Below are positions 1-14,175 of a stretch of DNA of 64,000 nucleotides, one piece after another. The stretch is from the NCBI GenBank assembly GCA_040954595.2, contig CM082593.2, positions 8,937,200-9,001,199 of the forward strand. Direction: 5' to 3'. The notes beneath the pieces were generated by a model that was given only the letters and a program-made list of their open reading frames with translations, searched no databases and had not been told where the DNA came from. The position numbers and the translations under genes are program-made. How positions within the stretch are numbered: position 1 is the first letter of the stretch; the number at the start of each line of letters is the position of its first letter. Source of the stretch: Balanoglossus misakiensis (Eukaryota > Animalia > Hemichordata).

Positions 1-241
1 TCGCGGAATTTGAAATAAATCTTTAAAAAAAAAAAAAAAATTATAAATGTTTTTCGTGTGTGTCCGAGACGACACACACAGAGCAGGGAAGAATGTGACA
101 GGTGAAATTAATCTTTTTGGGGGGATGTTTTGTTTTTGTTTCAGTGGAGCCCTTTTCAATGACATTTTATTGATCGGTTATTGATCCTACATGTTCTGCG
201 CGTAATAATTTGCATATGCATCCAAGCCACCTGGTACGCAC

Positions 242-397
242 TATAAAAGACCCTCAAATTTATGCCACGCGGTTCATTTCATTTCGTTACGCACAACCGT
301 GCAGTTCCGTGGTGGCTGTGCTGTGATATGGTCCGTAGACGACGGTGATTTTGGAGGCCTACTCCTCTCCGTTAACCTACAAAGTGGTGGGGTGAGT
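242..397 (+). promoter_or_regulatory. Putative Pol II core promoter and first exon
   Basis: TATAAAAG at 242-249, Inr-like TCATTTC at 274-280, donor GTGAGT at 392; upstream of and co-oriented with the transposase gene. Confidence 0.3.
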
Positions 398-1341
398 TTC
401 CCTGTTAGTGTTCTACCAGCATTTGTAAATTTTCGTATGCCCGAACTTGAAATATAATACCGTACAAACTCAGCGAAATGCATACAAACTCTTTAAACTC
501 GTTGTTGATGTGTACAGAATACGACCACTACATTTTCTTTCATGAACGAATTATTTTGTGTTGTATTTCAAATATTTTCTGTAATTTTGTTTGTGCGACA
601 GGGTTTTCTTTGTATGTCCCCATGCGTATATGTTGCAATAAATCTTGGTTGCATAACTGGAATATTGAGTGCTGTACGTTTCATTGGTCCGGGAGTGACG
701 TGTGGAATGAGCGACCCACATTGGAAGTGAACCCTTGGTCACATATAGGTGTTACCGCCCGCCATCCTTCGGACGTTTACCTCATCGGCTTCTGTGGGGA
801 ATCAGCCACGTCCGACGGCTGACGGTGTAATTTCTCTCCATTTCCACCCAACATATTCATAGAGTCTGAGAGAGGTACCCGGCAGATCGTAAACCTTTCG
901 TAGACAGAGACTTGCAACAAGTTTTCCGAGTAACACAATGTTCTGGTTTATTACTGGTCACACGTAAGAATTACACGACTCGATCCATGCTCGTTGACTC
1001 CCATCACGGATCTCCGGTGATAATCGTGTGATCTCAAATTTCACCACACCTTATTAATACGTTAGTCAAGTATTAAGTCATAAAAGGAACACGTCATCTT
1101 AATATTTCTTAAACATGAACTTAGCGCGTGATATCTCTATCTCATTCTGACATGTATCAATTACACAATCTTGTTTACTCTGGGTCAAGTACCTATATCA
1201 ATACTGGACTACAATCATACAGGTGCATGACTTCTTACTAGTCATAGAAAAGATCTATGAGCGTTAAAACTCAGTCGTGACATAGGTAACAAGGACATAA
1301 ACTTAACATGTAACTTCTCCTTCAATGGTCAAGCTGGAACA

Positions 1342-4300
1342 GTGACTGGTACAGTTCGCATTCTTACACCAGAAGATGATCAGCACCCTGTGGAAGACAG
1401 TAAAAATGTGCCATGTAATACAGAAAGCCATGGAAAAACTGATCAAGGTAAAAGACATCCTGCGCAATCAACTGCTACCAATCATACCTTGGCACACATT
1501 CAAAAACATACAAGTGGTAAAATGGAGACAGCATATATGAAAAATGACACACTGACAGCTGAAAATGGACATGTTATGAGCAAAGTACATGAGAGTGAGA
1601 GAGATATACCGGTAGAAGAAGTCACAGATATGGACAATACCAACGAGTGCGAAAGACTTGGTGATTCAGAAGACAAGGAAGTCATGACAACAAACATGAC
1701 ACTGACAGAACAGGACAGAGACAAAGTCACGGAAACGGACAATACCAACGAGTGCGAAAGACTTGGTGATTCAGAAGACGAGGAAGTCATGACAACAAAC
1801 ATGACAGAACAGGACAGAGACAAATTCACAGAAACGGACAATACCAACGAGTGCGAAAGACTTGGTGATTCAGAAGACGAAGAAGTCATGACAACAAACA
1901 TGACAGAACAGGACAGAGACAAAGTCACAGAAACGGACAATACCAACGAGTGCGAAAGACTTGGTGATTCAGAAGACGAGGAAGTCATGACAACAAACAT
2001 GACAGAACAGGACAGAGACAAATTCACAGAAACGGACAATACCAACGAGTGCGAAAGACTTGGTGATTCAGAAGACGAAGAAGTCATGACAACAAACATG
2101 ACAGAACAGGACAGAGACAAAGTCACAGAAATAGACAATACCTACGATTGCGAAAGACTTGGTGATTCAGAAGACGAGGAAGTCATGACAACAAACATGA
2201 CAGAACAGGACAGAGACAAATTCACAGAAACGGACAATACCAACGAGTACGAAAGACTTGGTGATTCAGAAGACGAGGAAGTCATGACAACAAACATGAC
2301 AGAACAGGACAGAGACAAAGTCACAGAAACGGACAATACCAACGAGTGCGAAAGACTTGGTGATTCAGAAGACGAGGAAGTCATGACAACAAACATGACA
2401 GAACAGGACAGAGACAAAGTCACAGAAACGGACAATACCAACGAGTGCGAAAGACTTGGTGATTAAGAAGACGAGGAAGTCATGACAACAAACATGACAG
2501 AACAGGACAGAGACAAAGTCACAGAAATAGACAATACCTACGATTGCGAAAGACTTGGTGATTTAGAAGACGAGGAAGTCATGACAACAAACATGACAGA
2601 ACAGGACAGAGACAAATTCACAGAAACGGACAATACCAACGAGTGCGAAAGACTTGGTGATTCAGAAGACGAAGAAGTCATGACAACAAACATGACAGAA
2701 CAGGACAGAGACAAAGTCACAGAAATAGACAATACCTACGATTGCGAAAGACTTGGTGATTCAGAAGACGAGGAAGTCATGACAACAAACATGACAGAAC
2801 AGGACAGAGACAAATTCACAGAAACGGACAATACCAACGAGTGCGAAAGACTTGGTGATTCAGAAGACGAGGAAGTCATGACAACAAACATGACAGAACA
2901 GGACAGAGACAAAGTCACAGAAACGGACAATACCAACGAGTGCGAAAGACTTGGTGATTCAGAAGACGAGGAAGTCATGACAACAAACATGACAGAACAG
3001 GACAGAGACAAAGTCACAGAAACGGACAATACCAACGAGTGCGAAAGACTTGGTGATTCAGAAGACGAGGAAGTCATGACAACAAACATGACAGAACAGG
3101 ACAGAGACAAAGTCACAGAAATAGACAATACCTACGATTGCGAAAGACTTGGTGATTCAGAAGACGAGGAAGTCATGACAACAAACATGACAGAACAGGA
3201 CAGAGACAAATTCACAGAAACGGACAATACCAACGAGTGCGAAAGACTTGGTGATTCAGAAGACGAGGAAGTCATGACAACAAACATGACAGAACAGGAC
3301 AGAGACAAAGTCACAGAAATAGACAATACCAACGAGTGCGAAAGACTTGGTGATTCAGAAGACGAGGAAGTCATGACAACAAACATGACAGAACAGGACA
3401 GAGACAAATTCACAGAAACGGACAATACCAATGAGTGCGAAAGACTTGGTGATTCAGAAGACGAGGAAGTCATGACAACAAACATGACAGAACAGGACAG
3501 AGACAAAGTCACAGAAATAGACAATACCTACGATTGCGAAAGACTTGGTGATTCAGAAGACGAGGAAGTCATGACAACAAACATGACAGAACAGGACAGA
3601 GACAAAGTTACAGAAACGGACAATACCTACAAGTGCGAAAGACTTGGTGATTCAGAAGACGAGGAAGTCATGACAACAAACATGACAGAACAGGACAGAG
3701 ACAAAGTCACAGTGGTAAAATGGAGACAGCATATATGAAAAATGACACACTGACAGCTGAAAATGGACATGTTATGAGCAAAGTACATGAGAGTGAGAGA
3801 GATATACCGGTAGAAGAAGTCACAGATATGGACAATACCAACGAGTGCGAAAGACTTGGTGATTCAGAAGACAAGGAAGTCATGACAACAAACATGACAG
3901 AACAGGACAGAGACAAAGTCACAGTGGTAAAATGGAGACAGCATATATGAAAAATGACACACTGACAGCTGAAAATGGACATGTTATGAGCAAAGTACAT
4001 GAGAGTGAGAGAGATATACCGGTAGAAGAAGTCACAGAAACGGACAATACCAACGAGTGCGAAAGACTTGGTGATTCAGAAGACGAGGAAGTCATGACAA
4101 CAAACATGACAGAACAGGACAGAGACAAATTCACAGAAACGGACAATACCAACGAGTGCGAAAGACTTGGTGATTCAGAAGACGAAGAAGTCATGACAAC
4201 AAACATGACAGAACAGGACAGAGACAAAGTCACAGAAACGGACAATACCAACGAGTGCGAAAGACTTGGTGATTCAGAAGACGAAGAAGTCATGACAACA

Positions 4301-7300
4301 AACATGACAGAACAGGACAGAGACAAAGTCACAGAAACGGACAATACCTACGAGTGCGAAAGACTTGGTGATTCAGAAGATGAGGAAGTCATGACAACAA
4401 ACATGACAGAACAGGACAGAGACAAATTCACAGAAACGGACAATACCAACGAGTGCGAAAGACTTGGTGATTCAGAAGACGAGGAAGTCATGACAACAAA
4501 CATGACAGAACAGGACAGAGACAAAGTCACAGAAACGGACAATACCAACGAGTGCGAAAGACTTGGTGATTCAGAAGACGAGGAAGTCATGACAACAAAC
4601 ATGACAGAACAGGACAGAGACAAAGTCACAGAAATAGACAATACCTACGATTGCGAAAGACTTGGTGATTCAGAAGACGAGGAAGTCATGACAACAAACA
4701 TGACAGAACAGGACAGAGACAAATTCACAGAAACGGACAATACCAACGAGTGCGAAAGACTTGGTGATTCAGAAGACGAGGAAGTCATGACAACAAACAT
4801 GACAGAACAGGACAGAGACAAAGTCACAGAAATAGACAATACCAACGAGTGCGAAAGACTTGGTGATTCAGAAGACGAGGAAGTCATGACAACAAACATG
4901 ACAGAACAGGACAGAGACAAATTCACAGAAACGGACAATACCAATGAGTGCGAAAGACTTGGTGATTCAGAAGACGAGGAAGTCATGACAACAAACATGA
5001 CAGAACAGGACAGAGACAAAGTCACAGAAACGGACAATACCAACGAGTGCGAAAGACTTGGTGATTCAGAAGACGAGGAAGTCATGACAACAAACATGAC
5101 AGAACAGGACAGAGACAAAGTCACAGAAATAGACAATACCTACGATTGCGAAAGACTTGGTGATTCAGAAGACGAGGAAGTCATGACAACAAACATGACA
5201 GAACAGGACAGAGACAAAGTCACAGAAATAGACAATACCTACGATTGCGAAAGACTTGGTGATTCAGAAGACGAGGAAGTCATGACAACAAACATGACAG
5301 AACAGGACAGAGACAAAGTTACAGAAACGGACAATACCTACAAGTGCGAAAGACTTGGTGATTCAGAAGACGAGGAAGTCATGACAACAAACATGACAGA
5401 ACAGGACAGAGACAAAGTCACAGTGGTAAAATGGAGACAGCATATATGAAAAATGACACACTGACAGCTGAAAATGGACATGTTATGAGCAAAGTACATG
5501 AGAGTGAGAGAGATATACCGGTAGAAGAAGTCACAGATATGGACAATACCAACGAGTGCGAAAGACTTGGTGATTCAGAAGACAAGGAAGTCATGACAAC
5601 AAACATGACAGAACAGGACAGAGACAAAGTCACAGTGGTAAAATGGAGACAGCATATATGAAAAATGACACACTGACAGCTGAAAATGGACATGTTATGA
5701 GCAAAGTACATGAGAGTGAGAGAGATATACCGGTAGAAGAAGTCACAGAAACGGACAATACCAACGAGTGCGAAAGACTTGGTGATTCAGAAGACGAAGA
5801 AGTCATGACAACAAACATGACAGAACAGGACAGAGACAAAGTCACAGAAACGGACAATACCAACGAGTGCGAAAGACTTGGTGATTCAGAAGACGAAGAA
5901 GTCATGACAACAAACATGACAGAACAGGACAGAGACAAAGTCACAGAAACGGACAATACCTACGAGTGCGAAAGACTTGGTGATTCAGAAGATGAGGAAG
6001 TCATGACAACAAACATGACAGAACAGGACAGAGACAAATTCACAGAAACGGACAATACCAACGAGTGCGAAAGACTTGGTGATTCAGAAGACGAGGAAGT
6101 CATGACAACAAACATGACAGAACAGGACAGAGACAAAGTCACAGAAACGGACAATACCAACGAGTGCGAAAGACTTGGTGATTCAGAAGACGAGGAAGTC
6201 ATGACAACAAACATGACAGAACAGGACAGAGACAAAGTCACAGAAATAGACAATACCTACGATTGCGAAAGACTTGGTGATTCAGAAGACGAGGAAGTCA
6301 TGACAACAAACATGACAGAACAGGACAGAGACAAATTCACAGAAACGGACAATACCAACGAGTGCGAAAGACTTGGTGATTCAGAAGACGAGGAAGTCAT
6401 GACAACAAACATGACAGAACAGGACAGAGACAAAGTCACAGAAATAGACAATACCAACGAGTGCGAAAGACTTGGTGATTCAGAAGACGAGGAAGTCATG
6501 ACAACAAACATGACAGAACAGGACAGAGACAAAGTCACAGAAACGGACAATACCAACGAGTGCGAAAGACTTGGTGATTCAGAAGACGAGGAAGTCATGA
6601 CAACAAACATGACAGAACAGGACAGAGACAAATTCACAGAAACGGACAATACCAATGAGTGCGAAAGACTTGGTGATTCAGAAGACGAGGAAGTCATGAC
6701 AACAAACATGACAGAACAGGACAGAGACAAAGTCACAGAAATAGACAATACCTACGATTGCGAAAGACTTGGTGATTCAGAAGACGAGGAAGTCATGACA
6801 ACAAACATGACAGAACAGGACAGAGACAAAGTTACAGAAACGGACAATACCTACAAGTGCGAAAGACTTGGTGATTCAGAAGACGAGGAAGTCATGACAA
6901 CAAACATGACAGAACAGGACAGAGACAAAGTCACAGTGGTAAAATGGAGACAGCATATATGAAAAATGACACACTGACAGCTGAAAATGGACATGTTATG
7001 AGCAAAGTACATGAGAGTGAGAGAGATATACCGGTAGAAGAAGTCACAGATATGGACAATACCAACGAGTGCGAAAGACTTGGTGATTCAGAAGACAAGG
7101 AAGTCATGACAACAAACATGACAGAACAGGACAGAGACAAAGTCACAGTGGTAAAATGGAGACAGCATATATGAAAAATGACACACTGACAGCTGAAAAT
7201 GGACATGTTATGAGCAAAGTACATGAGAGTGAGAGAGATATACCGGTAGAAAAAGTCACAGAAATAGACAATACCTACGATTGCGAAAGACTTGGTGATT

Positions 7301-7930
7301 CAGAAGACGAGGAAGTCATGACAACAAACATTACAGAACAGGACAGAGACAAATTCACAGAAACGGACAATACCAACGAGTGCGAAAGACTTGGTGATTC
7401 AGAAGACGAAGAAGTCATGACAACAAACATGACACTGACAGAACAGGACAGAGACAAAGTCACAGAATCGGACAATACCTACGAGTGCGAAAGACTTGGT
7501 GATATTCAAAGTGAAGATAACAATGATCACAGTGAGGACATGTCCAGTAATCCTCACACAAGGAAAAGACAGCATGATGAGGTGACAGAGAAATTGAAGA
7601 CCGTTATACCAGAAATTGAAGACCGTTATACCCTCTGTACAATGTATTGTAAATTTCAGGGATGTCAGCGCTTCAACATAACAATTGATGAGCAGCCAGA
7701 AGATGCTGATACCAACATAATCCTAACAATCAAATGAGATGGTCAAATCAAACATATGCGTGGTAAATCTGCAGCAAGACCAGTCCGTCAACCCATAAGA
7801 TCCAGTATCGCCAGAGATATAGGCAACCTTTCAGCCGGAGAATACAGGCTTCAACAAATAAAGGCCAATAACACAAAACAACTGCAGTACGGAAACACCA
7901 CAGATGTGCAGACTGAAAACGTATACAAAA
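1342..7930 (+). pseudogene. 5' part of NOF-like/MULE transposase gene: repeat region plus N-terminal Cys/His domain
   Basis: After the array, the frame reads CTMYCKFQGCQRFNITI...IK*DGQIKHMRGKSAARPVRQPIRSSIA...LQYGNTTDVQTENVYK; ORFs 7156 and 7756 share a frame across one TGA. Resembles the N-terminal region of NOF-FB-like proteins. Confidence 0.6.
1621..7500 (+). repeat. 99-bp (33-aa) coding minisatellite, about 50 units, with higher-order structure
   Basis: Unit encodes TETDNTNECERLGDSEDEEVMTTNMTEQDRDKV; a ~113-bp METAYMKND segment recurs at 1522, 3720, 3932, 5431, 5643, 6944 and 7156. Confidence 0.97.
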
Positions 7931-7932
7931 AT

Positions 7933-8800
7933 ATAGCTGCAAGCAGCTATGGTCATCTGAGGTCACCCGAAATTTGGGCAAAAATTTTTGACCCCATACT
8001 GGTCCAGGTCCATCAGAAACCAAACCTTCAGCCCTATATATTAGGTATGCATATAATTAATGAGATAAGCAGATGTCACAGGTGACCTAAAAATTTGGCT
8101 TTTCATGTTAGTCCCATCCTGCAAACTCCATGGCTCTACCTCCTAGCTCCTCTGGATGCCAAGATATGGAAAAGTAGGTCAAAGGTCACCTGAGGTCACC
8201 TGAAATTTGGGCAAACATTTTGAGCCAATACTGGTCCAGGTCCAACAAAAATCTAACCTCCAGCCCTATTGGTTCGCCTGGAATCAGGTATTCACATAAA
8301 TAATGAGTTAAGCTGTACCTGTTCTGGAGACCGAGATATAAGAAAGTAGATCAAAGGTCACCTGAGGTCACCCGAAATTAGATGGAAAAAATTGTCCATG
8401 TCCAACAGAAACAAAACCTCTAGCCGTATTGGTAAGCCTTGAATAAGGTATGCACATTATTAATTAGGTCAAAGGTCAAGGGGTAACAAGTACATGTGTA
8501 TGCTTTATCCCACCAAATATTAAGTCTGTAGGTCTAATAGTTACATACTTATGACCATTAATGTTATATATAGGTCAAAGGTCTCTGAGGTCACATGACA
8601 TTGCGGCGAAATGATTTGGTCTGATAATTGTACCTGTCCACCAAAAATCACCTCCCTAGGTGTATTTGTTAGCGTAGAAGTAGATATGTGTTTTTCAAGG
8701 TGGGTCAAAGGTCAAGGGGTCACCCGAAATTTGGCTTCTCATTTCGGCCCCATGCTGATCGCTGGCAAGCTGCTGTGGACATTGGCTGTCCATGACCTTT
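7933..8800. repeat. GGTCA-rich interspersed repeat with degenerate tandem units
   Basis: GAGGTCACC(C/T)GAAATT...GTCCA units at ~7959, 8192 and 8364; several AGGTCAAAGGTCA motifs; interrupts the transposase frame. Confidence 0.6.
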
Positions 8801-8858
8801 AGATAGACCAGAATGCCATAATAGATGTGATAGCTTCACTGTACAGGTATAGGCCTAT

Positions 8859-11800
8859 TAGTCCATGGGCCAGAGACCGAAACCCTCCCCCCCCCTGAGG
8901 ATTTTTGCAGACATATATTTTTGGAAAGCCTATTTATCCAGCTGTCAGAATCAGGTTGTTTGCACTCATAATAATGGTGGGTGTGGCCGTGAGGAGCGGT
9001 TGTCATGGTAACGATAGCATAATTTTAGGGGTACTCATACAGTTAAAAAATGATATATTTCAGGATCTGAGAAAGCTAGAGAAAAAATTTAAACATTGGG
9101 TCTTATAAAGTAGGGTACGGGCTATCCAATGATTACATGACCGACAAGGTCAGAGGTCAAGTTCATCTTCAAAACGCGGGGTAAAAGTAAAAATTGCGCT
9201 ATTTTTTGCATATCGATCATACATAGTTTCGATTTACTGGAAAACGGTTTGCTCGAGGAGGCTGTAAATTGGTCATCAGGTAGCATGGAACATTAGGTTT
9301 AAGAAAAATAGGCCGATTTTCGTCTTTGGTTGTTATTTATATTAAAATTCTGTTACCATAACGACGGATAGCAGATTTTGCGAAAATCACAAAAATAAGA
9401 ATCCTGCTATATCTTTGCTACCAATTAAGCTTTAGATAAAATTTAAACACTCAAACTTATAATGTCGGGTGCGATCTTTTGATTGCTAAATTGAACTTTG
9501 GGGTTCAAGGTCAAGGTCATCCCCAAATTTCGGGTCAAAGTGACAAAATGGGCATTATGGACTTTGTTCAAAATGACATTTTACGGCGAGTTTACTACAC
9601 TGTTTGGATCTAGAATGCTATAAGTTTGTATATTTTGATATTTTAAATTTAAAGTTCAGGGTCACCTTCAAAAGATGGGGTCAAAATTCAATATATCCCA
9701 ACTCTAATTAGAGTTGCAGATCTCCCAAGAAAAGAACGAACCCTCTGACTTGGCCATACACCATTTTGTGTCATACACCATTTTAAAGTTAAGTTCTGAG
9801 AGTTTGAAAATGCTTGATGACATTTTCAATTCCCATGGCGAGCTGATGAATTCAAGATTTAGTAAAATTGGTATATTTCTTGAAATATGCGAAAGTGCAT
9901 TTGCAATTGCTATAAAGGGACATACATTATCAGCATGTTTTTACTGTAAAAAGACTATATTCAACTTATATTGTGGCCATTCTATGGTATTTCAGTTTAA
10001 ATATGTACAAAGTTTTATCATATTTAGCACATTCTTATCAAGATGATTTCTGTTGATATGACAAGTTGACGTAAGGAGTCATCTTGCCCCTCTATCAGAC
10101 GCTGCACTTGCGTGTAGAACTAAGAACAATCCGCGTATCTGCTTCTTCACTGTATCTTTTGCGACAACAAAAGTGGTGAAGTTTGGTCCTCCACTTACAA
10201 TTAATTTCTGACCAATGTTGAGATCTACTTTTTTCATTATGTGTAGCATTTTGCAAAATTTGCTTTGTTTTCCTGATTAGTGGTAAGCAAGAATGCGTCC
10301 ATTTTGTCGGAGCAATTAGATCAAGTATGATATGATGTGCTGGAGCAACACCCACATCACGTGTTTGGCCTTTGATCCTTTGATCCTTTTGGCATCATAA
10401 TTATCAATGATCATGTGTATTTGCGAATTATCAACAGGACCTAAAATTCGGCCTCTATTCTACATTATGTATTCCATAAATCCAATTGCTATATCGATAA
10501 AAGTAATTCTATCTACAAGATTAGGACCAGACAGAGACTGAATGGTCATCATAAACTATGGTATTGGCAGCCTCAATGCTAGTCTATCTGTCTCCTGGAA
10601 ATGAATTTTAAGTCCATCATCTGAAAACAAACAGGTAGGAACATTGGAATTTTCAATGACTCCAATGAGTGGCATCTTCTAACTTGTATTAACAGCAGGT
10701 AATCAAAGATAAACCGTCTTCTTCATTTTTGTCATGTTTTTACATTGCTGCAAGTCATACTATGATAGAAGCACTTACACGGTTTGTCAGGTTCTTCTTG
10801 TATAATTAGTTGCTCAGAAAAAAAACCCACTCAGTCATTTCTTTTGATATAGTAATGTTCATTGTTGCTTAAATGAGGGTCGGAAAGATCAAATGGGTCG
10901 ACAAATGCTCCACCTTGTAATTCTTAAAGCTTTGCCACATCAGTATTCCATCTCTTAATGACTGCTTTTCCATATCGGATCTTATTTTGTTTACCAATAC
11001 TGCATATTTATTTGTGAAATGTATCAGAGAACTTTGCAGTAATCGGTCCACCCAAAACCACTTTTCAAGTGCTAAACCTCTCATCTTTAATCCTATGACA
11101 CCACCAGCACCCTTTAGTGAATCGTCAGATAAGTTTGCCATGAAATCCCCTTCATTTAATGACTCTTGTACACTTTCTGGTATTCTATGCATCACCAGAA
11201 TAAGTACTGACATGTATCTTGCATAGTCCGTTTCGATTGGCACAAAACAACAGAGGTAATAATAGCTGATTCTTAGCAGTTTGGAAAATATCTCAATCAC
11301 CATTTCTTAATGCACTTACATTTCTACCGGTGGGTAGAGTTTTAATGGCAGTAATACTCTACACAAAGTCATACCAAAAGTTAAAAGTTACTCCTCTCTT
11401 GTCTAAACTCAGCCATAAGCGGGAAATGATGTTCAATGATGTGTTTCACAAAATTGTGAACTATTTCCAAAAGTTCATTAGCAGGCTGGGAAGTCAAAAG
11501 ATCACAATCCATCTCAGGCATTGACTGTGTTCCCTACCTTTACACCATGATAAAAAGTTGCAGAACCTAGCGCTGGACGTTTCATCAGCAAGATGGAGGC
11601 CATGCAATGACAAACAACCGGAAAACATTTTCACATGAGCAAGCGTTTTTTTTTAAAAACGTAGCATTCATTTTGTATGATTATGAATGATTGTGATTTA
11701 AAAACATTGCTTTTGAGTATATAATGTGTCTTAAGTGCTTTACGCACAATTTCCAAAAAATCTCTGTGCCTAAAACACAGATATTCGATCGGGTTGTCTG

Positions 11801-13427
11801 GACTATTGCCGCAGTGGCATCATGGGATAACGCATAAATCAGCATGACTCGCACTCCCACGGTCGCGTTTTTTTTATAAAATAATATCCAGAAGTAAAAG
11901 TGGCATCTTATTTAAATATTAATATCAAAATATACAAAATTATAGCATTCTAGATCCCAACAGTGTAGTAAGCGCTCGCCGTAAAATGTCATTTTGAACA
12001 AAGTCCATAATGCCCATTTTGTCAATTTGACCCGAAATTTGGGGATGACCTTGACCTTGAACCCCAAAGTTCAATTTAGCAATCAAAAGCTCGCACCCGA
12101 CATTATATGTTTGAGTTTTTAAATTTTATGTAAAGCTTAATTGGTAGCAAAGATATAGCAAGTTTCTTATTTTGGGAAATTTCGCAAAATCTTCTATCCG
12201 TCGTTATGGTAACAGAATTTTAATATAACTTAATATCAAAGACGTGAATCAGCTTCTTTTTCTTAAACCTAATGTTCCATGCTACCTGATGACCAATTTA
12301 CAACCTCCTCGAGCAAACCGTTTTCCAGAAAATCAAAACTATGTATGATCGATATGCAAAAAATAGCGACATTTTCACTTTGACCCCAAGTTTTGAAGAT
12401 GAACTTGACCTCTGACCTTGTCGGTCGTGTAATCATTGGATAGCCCGTACCCTACTTTATCAGACCCAATGTTTAATTTTTTTCTCTAGCTTTCTCAGAA
12501 CCTGAAATATCTCATTTTAACTGTATGAGTACTCTTGCTATTCCTACCATTCATTTTGTTGTCATTAAAACAGCAGGTTTTGCATATTAAGTATATGTAA
12601 ACAGCAAAACAAATTAAAATCTTTGTAAACAATACATATGTCTATCTGGAGATCAAATTATAGCATTCTAGACCCAAACAGTGTTTAGTAAACGCTCGCC
12701 GTAAAATGTCATTTTGAACAAAAATCCATAATGTCCATTTTGTCACTTTGACCTGAAATTTGAGGATGACCTTGACCTTGAACCCCAAAGTTCAAGTTAG
12801 CAATGAAAAGATCGCACCCGACATTATAAGTTTGAGTGTTTAAATTTTATCTAAAGCTTAATTGGTAGCAAAGATATAGCAGGATTCTTATTTTTGTGAT
12901 TTTCGCAAAATCTGCTATCCGTCGTTATGGTAACAGAATTTTAATATAACTTAATATCAAAGACGTGAATCAGCTTATTTTTCTTAAACCTAATGTTCCA
13001 TGCTACCTGATGACCAATTTACAGCCTCCTCGAGCAAACCGTTTTCCAGTAAATCGAAACTATGTATGATCGATATGCAAAAAATAGCGCAGTTTTTACT
13101 TTGACCCCGCGTTTTGAAGATGAACTTGACCTCTGACCTTGTCGGTCATGTAATCATTGGATAGCCCGTACCCTACTTTATAAGACCCAATGTTTAAATT
13201 TTTTCTCTAGCTTTCTCAGATCCTGAAATATATCATTTTTTAACTGTATGAGTACCCCTAAAATTATGCTATCGTTACCATGACAACCGCTCCTCACGGC
13301 CACACCCACCATTAATATGAGTGCAAACAACCTGATTCTGACAGCTGGATAAATAGGCTTTCCAAAAATATATGTCTGCAAAAATCCTCAGGGGGGGGGA
13401 GGGTTTCGGTCTCTGGCCCATGGACTA
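8859..13427 (-). mobile_element. Academ-type DNA transposon, internally deleted
   Basis: Termini TAGTCCATGGGCC...GGCCCATGGACTA, ~770-bp TIRs, TAT on both flanks (8856-8858, 13428-13430). Minus-strand remnants DYARYMSV, KGAGGVIGL, IHMIIDNY and EEADTRIVL. Confidence 0.8.
10095..11620 (-). pseudogene. Decayed Academ transposase/XPG-like nuclease fragments
   Basis: ORF pieces 10869-11303 and 10095-10355 with the motifs above; many stops and frameshifts. Confidence 0.7.
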
Positions 13428-13429
13428 TA

Positions 13430-14175
13430 TGGTTAGGTCACATGACTAATTACTATTAATTGTTGGGGTCACATCTACATATTGGCCCCGTCCACAGTGC
13501 CAAGTTTGAGATTGCTACATTGAGTCCTTCATGCTTGAATATGATGTTGTCATAGCCTTTTTGTAAATTTGGCCCTTATATGGTCATCATGTCATGTGAC
13601 TAATTATATATTCACGGGTTAGGTACATGTCCAAGCATTAGCCCTGTCCACTGTGCCAAGTTTGAGATTTGGACATGAGTCATTCATGCTTGAATATGAT
13701 GTCATAGCTGATTTGTAAATTTTGCCCTTATATGGTCATCATGTAATGTGACTAATTATCTATTCACGGGTTAGGCGAGTGTCTACTCATTGACCCTGTC
13801 CACTGTGCCATGGTTAAAATTTGTACATTGAGTCCTTCATTCTTGAATACGATGTTGTCATAGCCTTTTTGTAAATTTTGCCCTTATATGGTCATCATGT
13901 CACGTGACTAATTATATATTCACGGGTTAGGTACATGTCCAATCATTGGCCCTGTCCTCTGTGCCAAGTTTGAGATTTGGACATGAGTCATTCATGCTTG
14001 AATATGATGTCATTGCTGATGTGTAAATTTTGCCCTTATATGGTCATCATGTCATGTGACTAATTATATATTCACGGGTTAGGTACATGTCCAATCATTG
14101 GCCCGGCCACTGTTCCAAGTTTGAGGTTTGTTCATTGTATCCTTTATACTTGAATACGATGTTGTCATAGCTTTA
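13430..14175. repeat. ~152-156-bp tandem satellite, about 5 units
   Basis: TGGTCATCATGT recurs at 13581, 13733, 13889 and 14041. Confidence 0.9.

Noticed and set aside
1500-7475. Ser-rich minus-strand ORFs
   Set aside because: Antisense shadows of the coding minisatellite.
1621-7500. CRISPR array
   Set aside because: Units are contiguous and near-identical with no unique spacers; no cas genes; eukaryotic context.
8905-13381. Two near-identical 67-aa ORFs as duplicated genes
   Set aside because: They lie within the Academ TIRs, start at non-ATG codons and have no protein features.
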